Below, piece by piece: positions 1-8,067 of a stretch of 64,000 bases of DNA. This stretch comes from Dehalococcoidia bacterium (GTDB taxonomy: Bacteria > Chloroflexota > Dehalococcoidia > Lucifugimonadales > UBA3495). The position numbers were made by a program, and so were the translations under genes. The number at the start of each line of letters is the position of its first letter. Position 1 is the stretch's first letter. The stretch lies in contig DAOUHF010000071.1 in the NCBI GenBank assembly GCA_034428795.1, positions 19,256 through 83,255 of the forward strand, given 5' to 3'. The notes below the pieces were generated by a model that made no database searches, was not told the DNA's origin, and saw nothing but the letters and a program-made list of their open reading frames with translations.

Positions 1-964
1 TGCGAATGTAAGCGCCCATGTCGCCATACACGGTGGCGCGCATGGCCAACAGCGTCCCGTCGGTGCGGGCCGCTATTTCCACCTCGCAGACCACCTCTCG
101 GGAGTGATTAGCCGACATCAAGTGCTCGACCCGGTCCTCGACCCATTTCACGGGCCGGCCCAGCTTCATCGAGGCGAAGGGCGCTAGAAAGTCTTCGGGG
201 TAGAACTCCCCCCGGATCCCGAATCCGCCGCCAACGTCCGGCTCGATGAAATGTATTCTCTCCTCGGACAACTCCAGGTGGCTGGCGAGGATGGCCCGGT
301 TGAAATGGGGGACCTTGGTGGGACCCCAGACCGTAAGCTCGCCCGAATCGGCGTCGTAGTCGGCCAGGAGCCCCCTGGTTTCCATGGGGTTGCCGGTGTG
401 CCGGTTGGTGGTGAACTCCTCCCGGCGGGTGTAGTCGGCCGTCCGGAACGCTTCGTCCACGTCGCCGATGGCGATTCTGGTATGGCCCGCGAGGTTGGTC
501 CCGCTATCCCGGTGCAGCACGACCTCGTCTTTCAGGGCGTCGCGAACGCCGGTGACCGCGGGCAACGGCTCGTATTCCACGTATATGGCTTCCAGGGCAT
601 CTTCGGCGAGGTAGCGGCTTTCCGCAACGACCATTGCCACCGCTTCCCCAACATGACGCACCTTGTCGTGGGCAAGCGGTACCTGCAGAAAGCGGTCCAA
701 CCCCGGCAATTCGAACACCCGAATGGGTATGGCCTTGGCCAGGGAAGCGATGTCGTCGTAGGTGAAGACTGCCCACACTCCCGGCATGGCCGAGGCCTCG
801 GCAGTTTCGGTCCGCGCGATTAGGGCGTGGGCGTGCGGGCTGCGTAACAAGGCGGCGTGGAGCATGCCTGGCCGGGTGATGTCGTCCAGGAAATTGGCTC
901 GGCCAGTGAGGAAGCGCACGTCCTCCTCTCTCATTATGGGGGCGCCGATGTACGATTGGGTCAT
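1..964 (-). CDS. Xanthine dehydrogenase / aerobic CO dehydrogenase large-subunit family (molybdopterin-binding), N-terminal part; runs off the left edge
   Basis: My translation of the minus strand from ATG at 962-964 (GGGAGGG RBS upstream): MTQSYIGAPIMREEDVRFLTGRANFLDDITRPGMLHAALLRSPHAHA...DVGGGFGIRGEFYPED. This is a typical CoxL/XdhA-type N-terminus. The ORF is open to position 1 and is absent from the track because it is incomplete. Confidence 0.75.
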   Translation of the reverse strand, partial: MTQSYIGAPIMREEDVRFLTGRANFLDDITRPGMLHAALLRSPHAHALIARTETAEASAMPGVWAVFTYDDIASLAKAIPIRVFELPGLDRFLQVPLAHDKVRHVGEAVAMVVAESRYLAEDALEAIYVEYEPLPAVTGVRDALKDEVVLHRDSGTNLAGHTRIAIGDVDEAFRTADYTRREEFTTNRHTGNPMETRGLLADYDADSGELTVWGPTKVPHFNRAILASHLELSEERIHFIEPDVGGGFGIRGEFYPEDFLAPFASMKLGRPVKWVEDRVEHLMSANHSREVVCEVEIAARTDGTLLAMRATVYGDMGAYIR

Positions 965-1015
965 GCTGCCCTCCCGCTGGGCCCGGGCCTTATCGGTCCC
1001 GTGATTTCGCCGTCT

Positions 1016-2029
1016 TTACCACAACTCATCCTCTTCTTCCACATCCTCGGCCGGGCGGTCCCGGTCTGCGATGAGCCGGCCCTGCTCGACCTGCTCTAGC
1101 ATGCGCCCGTACTCTGAAGCTATCTCCGCCCCCACGATCAATATGAACGCGGAGAGGTAGGTCCAAACCAACAGGGCAATCACTGAACCCAGGGAACCGT
1201 AGACCTTCTCGTAGGCAGCGAAGTTTTCCAAGTAAAACACGAACACGCTCTTGCTGACCTCAAACGCGATCGCGGCGAGTAGAGCCCCTGGCCAAATGTA
1301 CCGCCAGCGGGTAGGGGTGTTGGGGACAAACTTGTAGATCAACAGGAAGATGGAGAGGGTGAACAAAAACGGCAACGGCCGGGTCAGGATGCTGATGGCG
1401 TCGCTCTCCAGAAAGCCGAGTTGTCCGACTTCGGGCAAGTCTACCGCGCCCAACACCTGCACGGCCGCGGTCGTGGCGAGGGACATGAGGAACAGTAGGC
1501 CCACGCTGAAAGCCATTCCGATATGGCGCAGCTTCGCCAGGTAGAAGGGAGGGTCGCGATGGAGGTCCCAAGCGCGGTTGACGGCCCTGCTGATGGCGCC
1601 GAAGACGGTGCTAGCGGTCCAGAAGAGGCCGACGATGCTGAGGAACCCCAGAACACCCCGTATCTTGCCTACGGCCTGGATGTTGGCTTCCAATGCGCCG
1701 GTGGAGCCGGGCAGGTACGTCTGAAAGAAGGCCAGCAACTGGACTTGTACGTCCCCGGACTCCAGGACGAGGCTTAACACGGCGATGAGCCCCAAGGTCA
1801 TGGGGAACAGGGAAAGGATGGCGTAGTAGGCGACGCCAGCCGCCATGTGGGTGGCGTCGTCGTCGCTGAGTTCCCGTATTGTCCGCATTGCCAGCACGAA
1901 CACCGGGATTTCCAGGAGCCGGTCTTTGACCCTCTCTTCTTTGGCGCGAAGGTAGCGGACCGGCCCATGGAATCGCGATATCAGCGGCGCCGATAGGCCG
2001 TACCATAGCTGCCTGCCAGGTATACGCAC
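1016..2029 (-). CDS. YihY/BrkB family inner-membrane protein
   Basis: 337 aa ORF with the AAGVAYYAILSLFP motif, multiple hydrophobic segments and an acidic C-terminal tail. The start could be an internal Met. Confidence 0.75.
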   Translation of the reverse strand: MRIPGRQLWYGLSAPLISRFHGPVRYLRAKEERVKDRLLEIPVFVLAMRTIRELSDDDATHMAAGVAYYAILSLFPMTLGLIAVLSLVLESGDVQVQLLAFFQTYLPGSTGALEANIQAVGKIRGVLGFLSIVGLFWTASTVFGAISRAVNRAWDLHRDPPFYLAKLRHIGMAFSVGLLFLMSLATTAAVQVLGAVDLPEVGQLGFLESDAISILTRPLPFLFTLSIFLLIYKFVPNTPTRWRYIWPGALLAAIAFEVSKSVFVFYLENFAAYEKVYGSLGSVIALLVWTYLSAFILIVGAEIASEYGRMLEQVEQGRLIADRDRPAEDVEEEDELW

Positions 2030-2042
2030 GGCTATACTCAGT

Positions 2043-2067
2043 GAATAACCCGGGGAATAACCCGGGG
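2043..2067. repeat. 12-bp tandem duplication (gaataacccggg x2), intergenic
   Basis: Read directly from the sequence. Confidence 0.9.
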
Positions 2068-2101
2068 CATGGCGGCCACCGTTTGGGACTCCAGGTTAAA
2101 A

Positions 2102-3205
2102 TTAACCGTCCGTTTCTTCGGACTTCCGGAACGGCGCTCTCACCACGACGCGTACGCCGGAGACTGTGCCGGAGACCGCTCCCGTGACGGTGTTTATGGT
2201 CGTCTCGCCGAACGACCCCGCGGCGCTCATCGCGCCGTTCGCCGCAGCCGACGCGGCGTCCTCGGCCCGCAGGCCGATGGACTTGGCGGAATCGATGGCC
2301 TCTTCGACAGCATTCCTGGCCACACTGCCGACGTCTCCCCCAACCTCCGCAGTGCCTTTGATCAATCCACGGGCGCTGTCTTCAATGGCCTGCAACACAT
2401 TTCCGCCGACCTGTTGTGTGCCGGTCACGGTGCCATTGATCGCGTCCCTGGCGGTGGTGGCCAATTCACCACCAATCTCCTGGGAGCCGTGGATCGCGCC
2501 CCGGGCGACGCTGAAGGCGGCGTCCTGCACCCGTACGGTGATACTGCCGGTGGCTTCGATAGCGCCCTCCACCGCGTTGCGGGTCACCGACGCCACGTCG
2601 CCGCCGACCTCCGACGCGCCGCCGATGAGGCCCCTTGCGGTGTCCTCAATGGCTTCCAGCACATTGCCGCCCACTTCCTGGGTCCCGGTGACGGTGCCTT
2701 TCATGGTGTCTCTGGCAGCTGCTCCGAGGTCGGCTCCCGCATCCCTGGTGCCCTGGATAGCGCCGCGGGCCACGCTGAACGCCATGTCTTCGGCCCGGAG
2801 CCCCAGGCTCTTGGTGGTCTCCATTGCGCCTTCGGCCGCGCCCCGGGCAACGGTGCCGACGTCGCCGCCGACCTCCCCGGTACCCTTGATGGCGGCCCGT
2901 ACGGTATCGCTCAGCACGCCAATGGAAACGGTGCTAACCTCGCCGGACCCACGGATTACTCCAATGACCGCCCCTTTCGCGGTGGACGCCAACTCCGTGC
3001 CCACCTCGTTGGTGGCCTGAATGGCTCCCTTCATCACGTCGCCGACCAAGCCCGAAAATTCCGTTGCCGTAGCCCGGGAGCCCTGCAGCGCGGCCACCGT
3101 GGTCGTGCGGGCGACCTCAATAGTACTTCCCACAACGTCGCCTGCGCCGCCGACCACGCCCGTCAACGCATCTCTGAGATTTCTGCCCAAGTTTCCAAGA
3201 GTCAT
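2102..3205 (-). CDS. Hypothetical Gly/Ala/Val/Thr/Glu-rich repeat protein (88-aa units built from 22-aa sub-repeats)
   Basis: 367 aa ORF with AGGAG 8 nt upstream of the ATG. Residues 138-225 and 226-313 are near-identical 88-aa units (..AFSVARGAIxGT..GTVTGTQxVGGNVLxAIEDxARGLIxGxxEVGGDVxSVxRNAVEEAI..). No signal peptide or TM segment seen. Confidence 0.6.
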   Translation of the reverse strand: MTLGNLGRNLRDALTGVVGGAGDVVGSTIEVARTTTVAALQGSRATATEFSGLVGDVMKGAIQATNEVGTELASTAKGAVIGVIRGSGEVSTVSIGVLSDTVRAAIKGTGEVGGDVGTVARGAAEGAMETTKSLGLRAEDMAFSVARGAIQGTRDAGADLGAAARDTMKGTVTGTQEVGGNVLEAIEDTARGLIGGASEVGGDVASVTRNAVEGAIEATGSITVRVQDAAFSVARGAIHGSQEIGGELATTARDAINGTVTGTQQVGGNVLQAIEDSARGLIKGTAEVGGDVGSVARNAVEEAIDSAKSIGLRAEDAASAAANGAMSAAGSFGETTINTVTGAVSGTVSGVRVVVRAPFRKSEETDG

Positions 3206-3500
3206 CGAATTTCTCCTCAGACGATCGCTTCTTTCCCAGCGATCTTCCCCTCTTCAGTTATAGATGCTCATATTCTACTACGATTTTACGTTCGAGCGGC
3301 TTTCCGCCAGGGCGTACCGTGGGCACTATTGCTCCGGGGTCCCTGCATCCAGTCCGGACGGCTCGTCTGGAGTGAGCCAACGGCGCCCCGACAATAGCGT
3401 ACCGGCCGCTGTGGAGCCTTGGGCGCCCTTCTCCTTGAGGGCCTCCCTGCTTGGGGGGTACAATACGTCGTCAAACTATCCGCACGCAAACAGGCCTTGG

Positions 3501-3539
3501 GCCAAGCCCCCAGGCCAAGCCCCCAGGCCAAGCCCCCAG
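3501..3539. repeat. 13-bp tandem repeat (gccaagcccccag x3) just upstream of the mutase RBS
   Basis: Read directly. It ends 2 nt before the AGGAGG that precedes the ATG at 3548. Confidence 0.9.
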
Positions 3540-3547
3540 GAGGCGGA

Positions 3548-5218
3548 ATGCCCAGCCAAGACAGACAACAGTGGGAGGAGGAAATCCTCAAACCCACTGT
3601 GGCCCGCTTCCCTGAACGCCGGGGGGCATTCCAGACCGACAGCGGTTTGGCCATAGACTCACTGTACGGCCCGGAGGACCTGGCGGGAGACGGGCTGGAC
3701 TTCACCAGGGACATCGGTTTTCCAGGGGAATTCCCATTCACCCGGGGAGTCCAACCCAACACTTACCGCGGCCGCATCTGGACCATGCGCCAGTACTCCG
3801 GCTACGGCACCGCCGCAGAGACCAACGAGCGATACCGCTACCTGCTGGAGCAGGGCCAGACAGGCCTGTCCGTAGCCTTCGACCTTCCCACCCAGATTGG
3901 CTACGATTCGGACCATCCCCTGGCCAAAGGCGAAGTGGGCAAGGTTGGAGTCCCCATCTGCAGCCTGGAAGACATGGAGACCCTGTTCTCGGGAATTCCC
4001 TTGGGCCGGGTCAGCACTTCGATGACGATCAACGCCACGGCGTCGCTGCTGCTGTGCTTCTATATCGCCGCCGCCAGGCGCCAGGGCGTGGAGCAACACG
4101 AGATAAGCGGCACCGTGCAGAACGACATACTCAAGGAATACATCGCCAGGGGCACCTACGCCTACCCGCCCCGTTCGTCCATGCGGTTGGTGGTGGATGT
4201 TTTCAAGTACTGCTCGGACAATGTGCCCAAGTGGAACACCATCAGCATATCCGGCTACCACATGAGGGAAGCCGGAGCAACTGCGGTCCAGGAGCTGGCC
4301 TTCACCTTCGCCAACGCCATTTCCTACGTTCAGGCGGCGTTGGATGCCGGCCTGAAGATTGATGATTTCGGTCCCCGCATCTCCTTCTTCTTCGTAGCCC
4401 AGAACAACCTGTTTGAAGAGGTGGCCAAGTTCCGGGCCGCCCGGCGCATGTGGTCCAGGATAATGCGGGACCGGTTCGGCGCCCGGGACCCACGGTCCAT
4501 GATGCTGCGCTTCCACACCCAGACCGCCGGCGTGAGCCTCACCGCCCAGCAACCGGACAACAACCTGATCCGATGCACAGTGCAGGCGCTGGCGGCCATC
4601 TTGGGCGGCTCCCAGTCGCTGCACGTCAACTCCCGGGACGAGGCGCTGGCCCTGCCGTCGGAAGAATCGGCACAGCTCTCCCTGCGTACCCAACAGATCC
4701 TGGCCTACGAGAGCGGGGCCGCCGACGTGGTGGACCCCTTGGGCGGCTCCTATTTCGTGGAGAGCCTGACCAACGAGCTGGAGGCCCAGGCGGAGGACTA
4801 CATTCGGCGTATCGACGACTTGGGCGGAGCGGTCTCCGCCATCGAGCAGGGGTTTCAGGTGCGGGAGATTGGCGACGCGGCCTACCGGCACCGGCAGGAA
4901 GTCGAATCGGGGGACAGGACCATCGTTGGGGTCAACCGGTTCACGACCGAGGAGCCTCCAGTCGAGGGGTTGATGAGGGTGGACGAAGCGGCCGCCCGGA
5001 GCCAGGTGGAGCGGCTGGAGCGGTTGCGCCGGGAGCGCGACGACGCCAGCGTCAGGGCGTCCCTGGCCCGGTTGTCCCAAACGGCCCGCTCTGATGGAAA
5101 CACTGAAAACACGGTGCCCGCCATTCTGGAGTGCGTGGAAAGCTATTGCACTCTTGGGGAGATCTCCGAGGTTTTCCGGAACGTCTTCGGGGAGCAGGAA
5201 GAGATAGCTGCCTTTTAG
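3548..5218 (+). CDS. Methylmalonyl-CoA mutase family, large catalytic (substrate-binding TIM barrel) subunit
   Basis: [61 protein letters not shown]; [21 protein letters not shown]. Start placed at the in-frame ATG at 3548, which has an AGGAGG RBS. The track ORF begins at 3419. Confidence 0.9.
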   Translation: MPSQDRQQWEEEILKPTVARFPERRGAFQTDSGLAIDSLYGPEDLAGDGLDFTRDIGFPGEFPFTRGVQPNTYRGRIWTMRQYSGYGTAAETNERYRYLLEQGQTGLSVAFDLPTQIGYDSDHPLAKGEVGKVGVPICSLEDMETLFSGIPLGRVSTSMTINATASLLLCFYIAAARRQGVEQHEISGTVQNDILKEYIARGTYAYPPRSSMRLVVDVFKYCSDNVPKWNTISISGYHMREAGATAVQELAFTFANAISYVQAALDAGLKIDDFGPRISFFFVAQNNLFEEVAKFRAARRMWSRIMRDRFGARDPRSMMLRFHTQTAGVSLTAQQPDNNLIRCTVQALAAILGGSQSLHVNSRDEALALPSEESAQLSLRTQQILAYESGAADVVDPLGGSYFVESLTNELEAQAEDYIRRIDDLGGAVSAIEQGFQVREIGDAAYRHRQEVESGDRTIVGVNRFTTEEPPVEGLMRVDEAAARSQVERLERLRRERDDASVRASLARLSQTARSDGNTENTVPAILECVESYCTLGEISEVFRNVFGEQEEIAAF

Positions 5219-5276
5219 GGCTGGATTCCGGGGGCGGCCACCGCCGTCGTTAAGTTATTGGGTGGAGCGAACACCA

Positions 5277-6434
5277 ATGCCGGACTTGATACTGACCGAA
5301 GAGGAGCAGATGCTCCAGACCACCCTCAGGGGATTCGTCGACCAGGAGATTGCGCCAAAGGCCAAGGAATCGGACGAGCGCGCCGAATTCCAATGGGAGC
5401 AATGGCGCGGCTTGGCTGGACTGGGGCTGATGGGCTTGGGGGTCGACACCAAGTACGGAGGCAGCGGCCCGGCCAGCTACCGGCAGGTGTCCATCACGGC
5501 AGAGGAGGTGGCCCGGGGCGATGCCTCGGCCAGCGTGAGTTGGCTGGCGCACCTGGCATTGGGCGTATCCAGCATCGACGCCTTCGGCACCGAAGACCAG
5601 AAGCAGCGTTTGCTGCCGCCCTTGACCACCGGGCAAGGGGTGGCCGCCTTCGCGCTGACTGAACCGGGCGGTGGGTCCGACGCCGCGGCAATGCAGACCA
5701 CCGCCACCGAGCGGGATGGCACGTACTTCCTGAACGGCAGCAAGATGTTCATCACCAACGCCTCTGTCGCCCAGTCAATCGTCGTCTTCGCCACCCAAGA
5801 CCGCTCCTCGGGGTACAAAGGCGTCAGCGCCTTCGTCGTCCAGAAGGACAGTCCGGGGCTGACCATCAACCCGATGCACGGCAAGCTGGGGATGCGGAGT
5901 TCCACCACCGACGAGATAGTTTTTCAAGACACGCCGGTGCCTTCGGAAAACCTGCTGGGAGTGGAAAACCGGGGGTTCAACCAAGCCATGGAAATCCTCA
6001 CGTCCAGCCGCATCATCATCGCGGCCCAGAGCGTGGGAATCGGACAGTCGGCCCTGGAGGCGGCGGTGCGCTATGCCCAGCAGCGCCAATCATTCGGCAA
6101 ACCCATCGCCCAGCACCAAGCCATCCAGTTTATGCTGGCCGACATGGCCGCGGAGATCCACGCCGCCCGCGTGATCACGATGAACGCCGCCACCTTGAAG
6201 GACGCCGGTCAACCGTTCCTGCAAGAGGCCTCCATCGCCAAGCTGATGGCCTCCGAGATGTGCATCCGGGCCGCCGACAAAGCCGTGCAAATCCACGGCG
6301 GATCGGGCTACTTCCGGGAGGCCGGGGTGGAGCGGATTCTTCGCGACGCCAGGGTCACCACCATCTACGAAGGCACTTCGGAAGTGCAACGGTTGCTGAT
6401 CGCACGGCAGTTGCTGGACCAATACCCGGTATGA
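5277..6434 (+). CDS. Acyl-CoA dehydrogenase
   Basis: MPDLILTEEEQML..., ALTEPGGGSDAAAM, IYEGTSEVQRLLIARQLL. Typical ACAD N-, middle and C-terminal motifs. Confidence 0.9.
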   Translation: MPDLILTEEEQMLQTTLRGFVDQEIAPKAKESDERAEFQWEQWRGLAGLGLMGLGVDTKYGGSGPASYRQVSITAEEVARGDASASVSWLAHLALGVSSIDAFGTEDQKQRLLPPLTTGQGVAAFALTEPGGGSDAAAMQTTATERDGTYFLNGSKMFITNASVAQSIVVFATQDRSSGYKGVSAFVVQKDSPGLTINPMHGKLGMRSSTTDEIVFQDTPVPSENLLGVENRGFNQAMEILTSSRIIIAAQSVGIGQSALEAAVRYAQQRQSFGKPIAQHQAIQFMLADMAAEIHAARVITMNAATLKDAGQPFLQEASIAKLMASEMCIRAADKAVQIHGGSGYFREAGVERILRDARVTTIYEGTSEVQRLLIARQLLDQYPV

Positions 6435-6458
6435 CGAGAGTGAGGCGGCAGAGTAGAG

Positions 6459-6890
6459 ATGCAAGATAACCAACGGCCAACCAGGGTGCTGGTGGCCAAG
6501 CCCGGTTTGGACGGCCACGACCGGGGAGCCAAGGTCATAGCCCGTGCTCTCCGGGACGCCGGTATGGAGGTCATCTACACCGGGATTCGCCAAACTCCCC
6601 GGATGATCGTCCAGGCCGCGGCCCAGGAAGACGTCGACGTCCTGGGACTGAGCATTCTATCGGGGGCCCACCTGGACATACTTCCGGAGGTGGTGGACCT
6701 GCTGCGGGCCCAAGAGATGGACGACGTTTTGGTGGTGGTGGGCGGCATCATTCCCGCGTCGGACCGCCGGATATTGAAGGACATGGGGATCAGCGAGGTC
6801 TTCGGCCCCGGCACTTCCACCGGCGACATCGTAAGATACATCCAGACAGCCATGACCGAGCGTACAAACCCGAAGGAACCGCAAGCGTGA
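6459..6890 (+). CDS. Methylmalonyl-CoA mutase family, cobalamin-binding small subunit
   Basis: [34 protein letters not shown] (DxHxxG B12-binding motif) and GLSILSGAH. Confidence 0.9.
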   Translation: MQDNQRPTRVLVAKPGLDGHDRGAKVIARALRDAGMEVIYTGIRQTPRMIVQAAAQEDVDVLGLSILSGAHLDILPEVVDLLRAQEMDDVLVVVGGIIPASDRRILKDMGISEVFGPGTSTGDIVRYIQTAMTERTNPKEPQA

Positions 6891-6964
6891 AATCTCGCGT
6901 GACAGCAGCCGAATGGGGAGCGATTTCATGATGGCCTACGGCATTTTTGGAGGGGCTGGGGGCA

Positions 6965-7489
6965 ATGCGGTATAACATGGCTCAATTACTGATGGAGCCC
7001 ACGGGTTCCACCAGGAGCTACCGCCTCGACGAATCGTTCGAGGGTATCCAAAGCAGCCCGGCCCAGGCTACCGGAACGGTCGAGGTGCTTCGTACCCATC
7101 AAGGCGTGTTGGTGAGGGCCAGGTTGGATACCAGGGCGAGCACTACCTGTAGCCGTTGCCTGAGCGAATACCGGAGACAGTCGACCCTGACACTGGAGGA
7201 AGAGTCCTTTCCTACGGTAGACCCCAGCACCGGGAAAAAGGCTTTCCCACCGGATGAATCGGAAGGCGTGATTCACATCGATTCCCGCCACGTGCTGGAC
7301 CTGTCCGACGTCATTCGGCAGTACCTTTTGACCGACCAGCCCATAAAACCGCTCTGCGAGGATGGATGCCTGGGACTCTGTCCTGAATGCGGCGTCAACT
7401 TGAACGAGGAAGAATGCAAATGCAACGCCGCTCCCGTCGACCCCCGGTGGAACGCGTTGACGGATCTGCTGGCCGAGGACCAGGGCTGA
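6965..7489 (+). CDS. yceD: YceD/DUF177 family protein (large-subunit rRNA accumulation protein)
   Basis: CSRC...CEDGCLGLCPECGVNLNEEECKC C-terminal Cys cluster, and position directly upstream of rpmF. Start ambiguous (TTG 6947, ATG 6965 or ATG 6977). Confidence 0.8.
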   Translation: MRYNMAQLLMEPTGSTRSYRLDESFEGIQSSPAQATGTVEVLRTHQGVLVRARLDTRASTTCSRCLSEYRRQSTLTLEEESFPTVDPSTGKKAFPPDESEGVIHIDSRHVLDLSDVIRQYLLTDQPIKPLCEDGCLGLCPECGVNLNEEECKCNAAPVDPRWNALTDLLAEDQG

Positions 7490-7491
7490 CC

Positions 7492-7588
7492 CTAGGGAAC
7501 ATCTGAACAATTCCCTTCCCCCCGATGGGGGAAGGTTAGGATGGGGGCTTTCGCCTCAATGACCATAACTTGTTCAGAGGTTCCTTAG
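7492..7588 (+). mobile_element. MITE-like inverted-repeat element, copy 1 (short variant, 97 bp)
   Basis: cTAGGGAACATCTGAACAA...internal CCCTTCCCCCCGATGGGGGAAGGTTAGGATGGGGG...AACTTGTTCAGAGGTTCCTTAg. It lacks the ~30 bp internal segment present in copies 2-4. Confidence 0.8.
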
Positions 7589-7733
7589 AATCTTCGACGA
7601 GCGGCTCTGCGACAGGCCGAGCGTGAAATAGGAAAAGCGTCGGCAGGAAGAAAATGAAACAGCCCCGGATACATAGTCCCTGCTCTTGACCAGAAGGGTT
7701 GAGTTGGAGTCTAATTGCTCCGAAATATAGCCC

Positions 7734-7785
7734 GAATCCAATTCAGAGGCCTTCCCGTCCGACGGTTGGGCTCTCAATTGGATTC
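7734..7785 (+). promoter_or_regulatory. Perfect 10-bp inverted repeat (GAATCCAATT...AATTGGATTC) in the rpmF leader
   Basis: Read directly. 32-nt loop region; lies between a TTGACC box (7686-7691) and the rpmF RBS (GGAGG 7806-7810). Confidence 0.4.
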
Positions 7786-7820
7786 GCTGACCCAGAGCTA
7801 ACTGGAGGTTACAACCCGAA

Positions 7821-8003
7821 ATGGGCGCACTTCCCAAAAAGAAATTGACCCGTGCCCGGAAGGGACGAAGGCTGGCATCCTACCGGCTCCAGCCGGTTCA
7901 CGCCGCCCAATGCACGCGATGCCGAAGCGCCAAGCGTCCCCATACCGCCTGCCCCGCTTGCGGGTATTACCGGGGGCGGCAAATGGTGGAGGGCTCGGCT
8001 TAG
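7821..8003 (+). CDS. rpmF: 50S ribosomal protein L32
   Basis: 60 aa, ALPKKKLTRARKGRR N-terminus, CxxC...CxxC zinc knuckles (CTRC...CPAC), GGAGG RBS, follows yceD. Confidence 0.85.
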   Translation: MGALPKKKLTRARKGRRLASYRLQPVHAAQCTRCRSAKRPHTACPACGYYRGRQMVEGSA

Positions 8004-8067
8004 ACACGGTCCAATACCGGAAAGAAAAAGAGGAATAAGCCAGCGATTCACGGATCTTTCGGGCGCC

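Noticed and set aside
251-823. 190-aa plus-strand ORF at the left edge
   Set aside because: It is antisense to the CoxL-family gene, whose translation shows clear family motifs over the whole 1-964 interval.
2069-3397. 442-aa and 284-aa plus-strand ORFs overlapping the repeat-protein gene
   Set aside because: They have Arg/His/Pro/Gly-rich composition without motifs, no RBS, and they mirror the repeat periodicity of the minus-strand gene, which does have AGGAG plus ATG. They are treated as shadow frames, but strand choice should be confirmed by homology.
3206-3547. Cobalamin riboswitch upstream of the B12-dependent mutase
   Set aside because: I could not recognise a B12-box-like core. The region is better explained as a divergent promoter region plus a tandem repeat. 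This is not excluded without a covariance-model scan.
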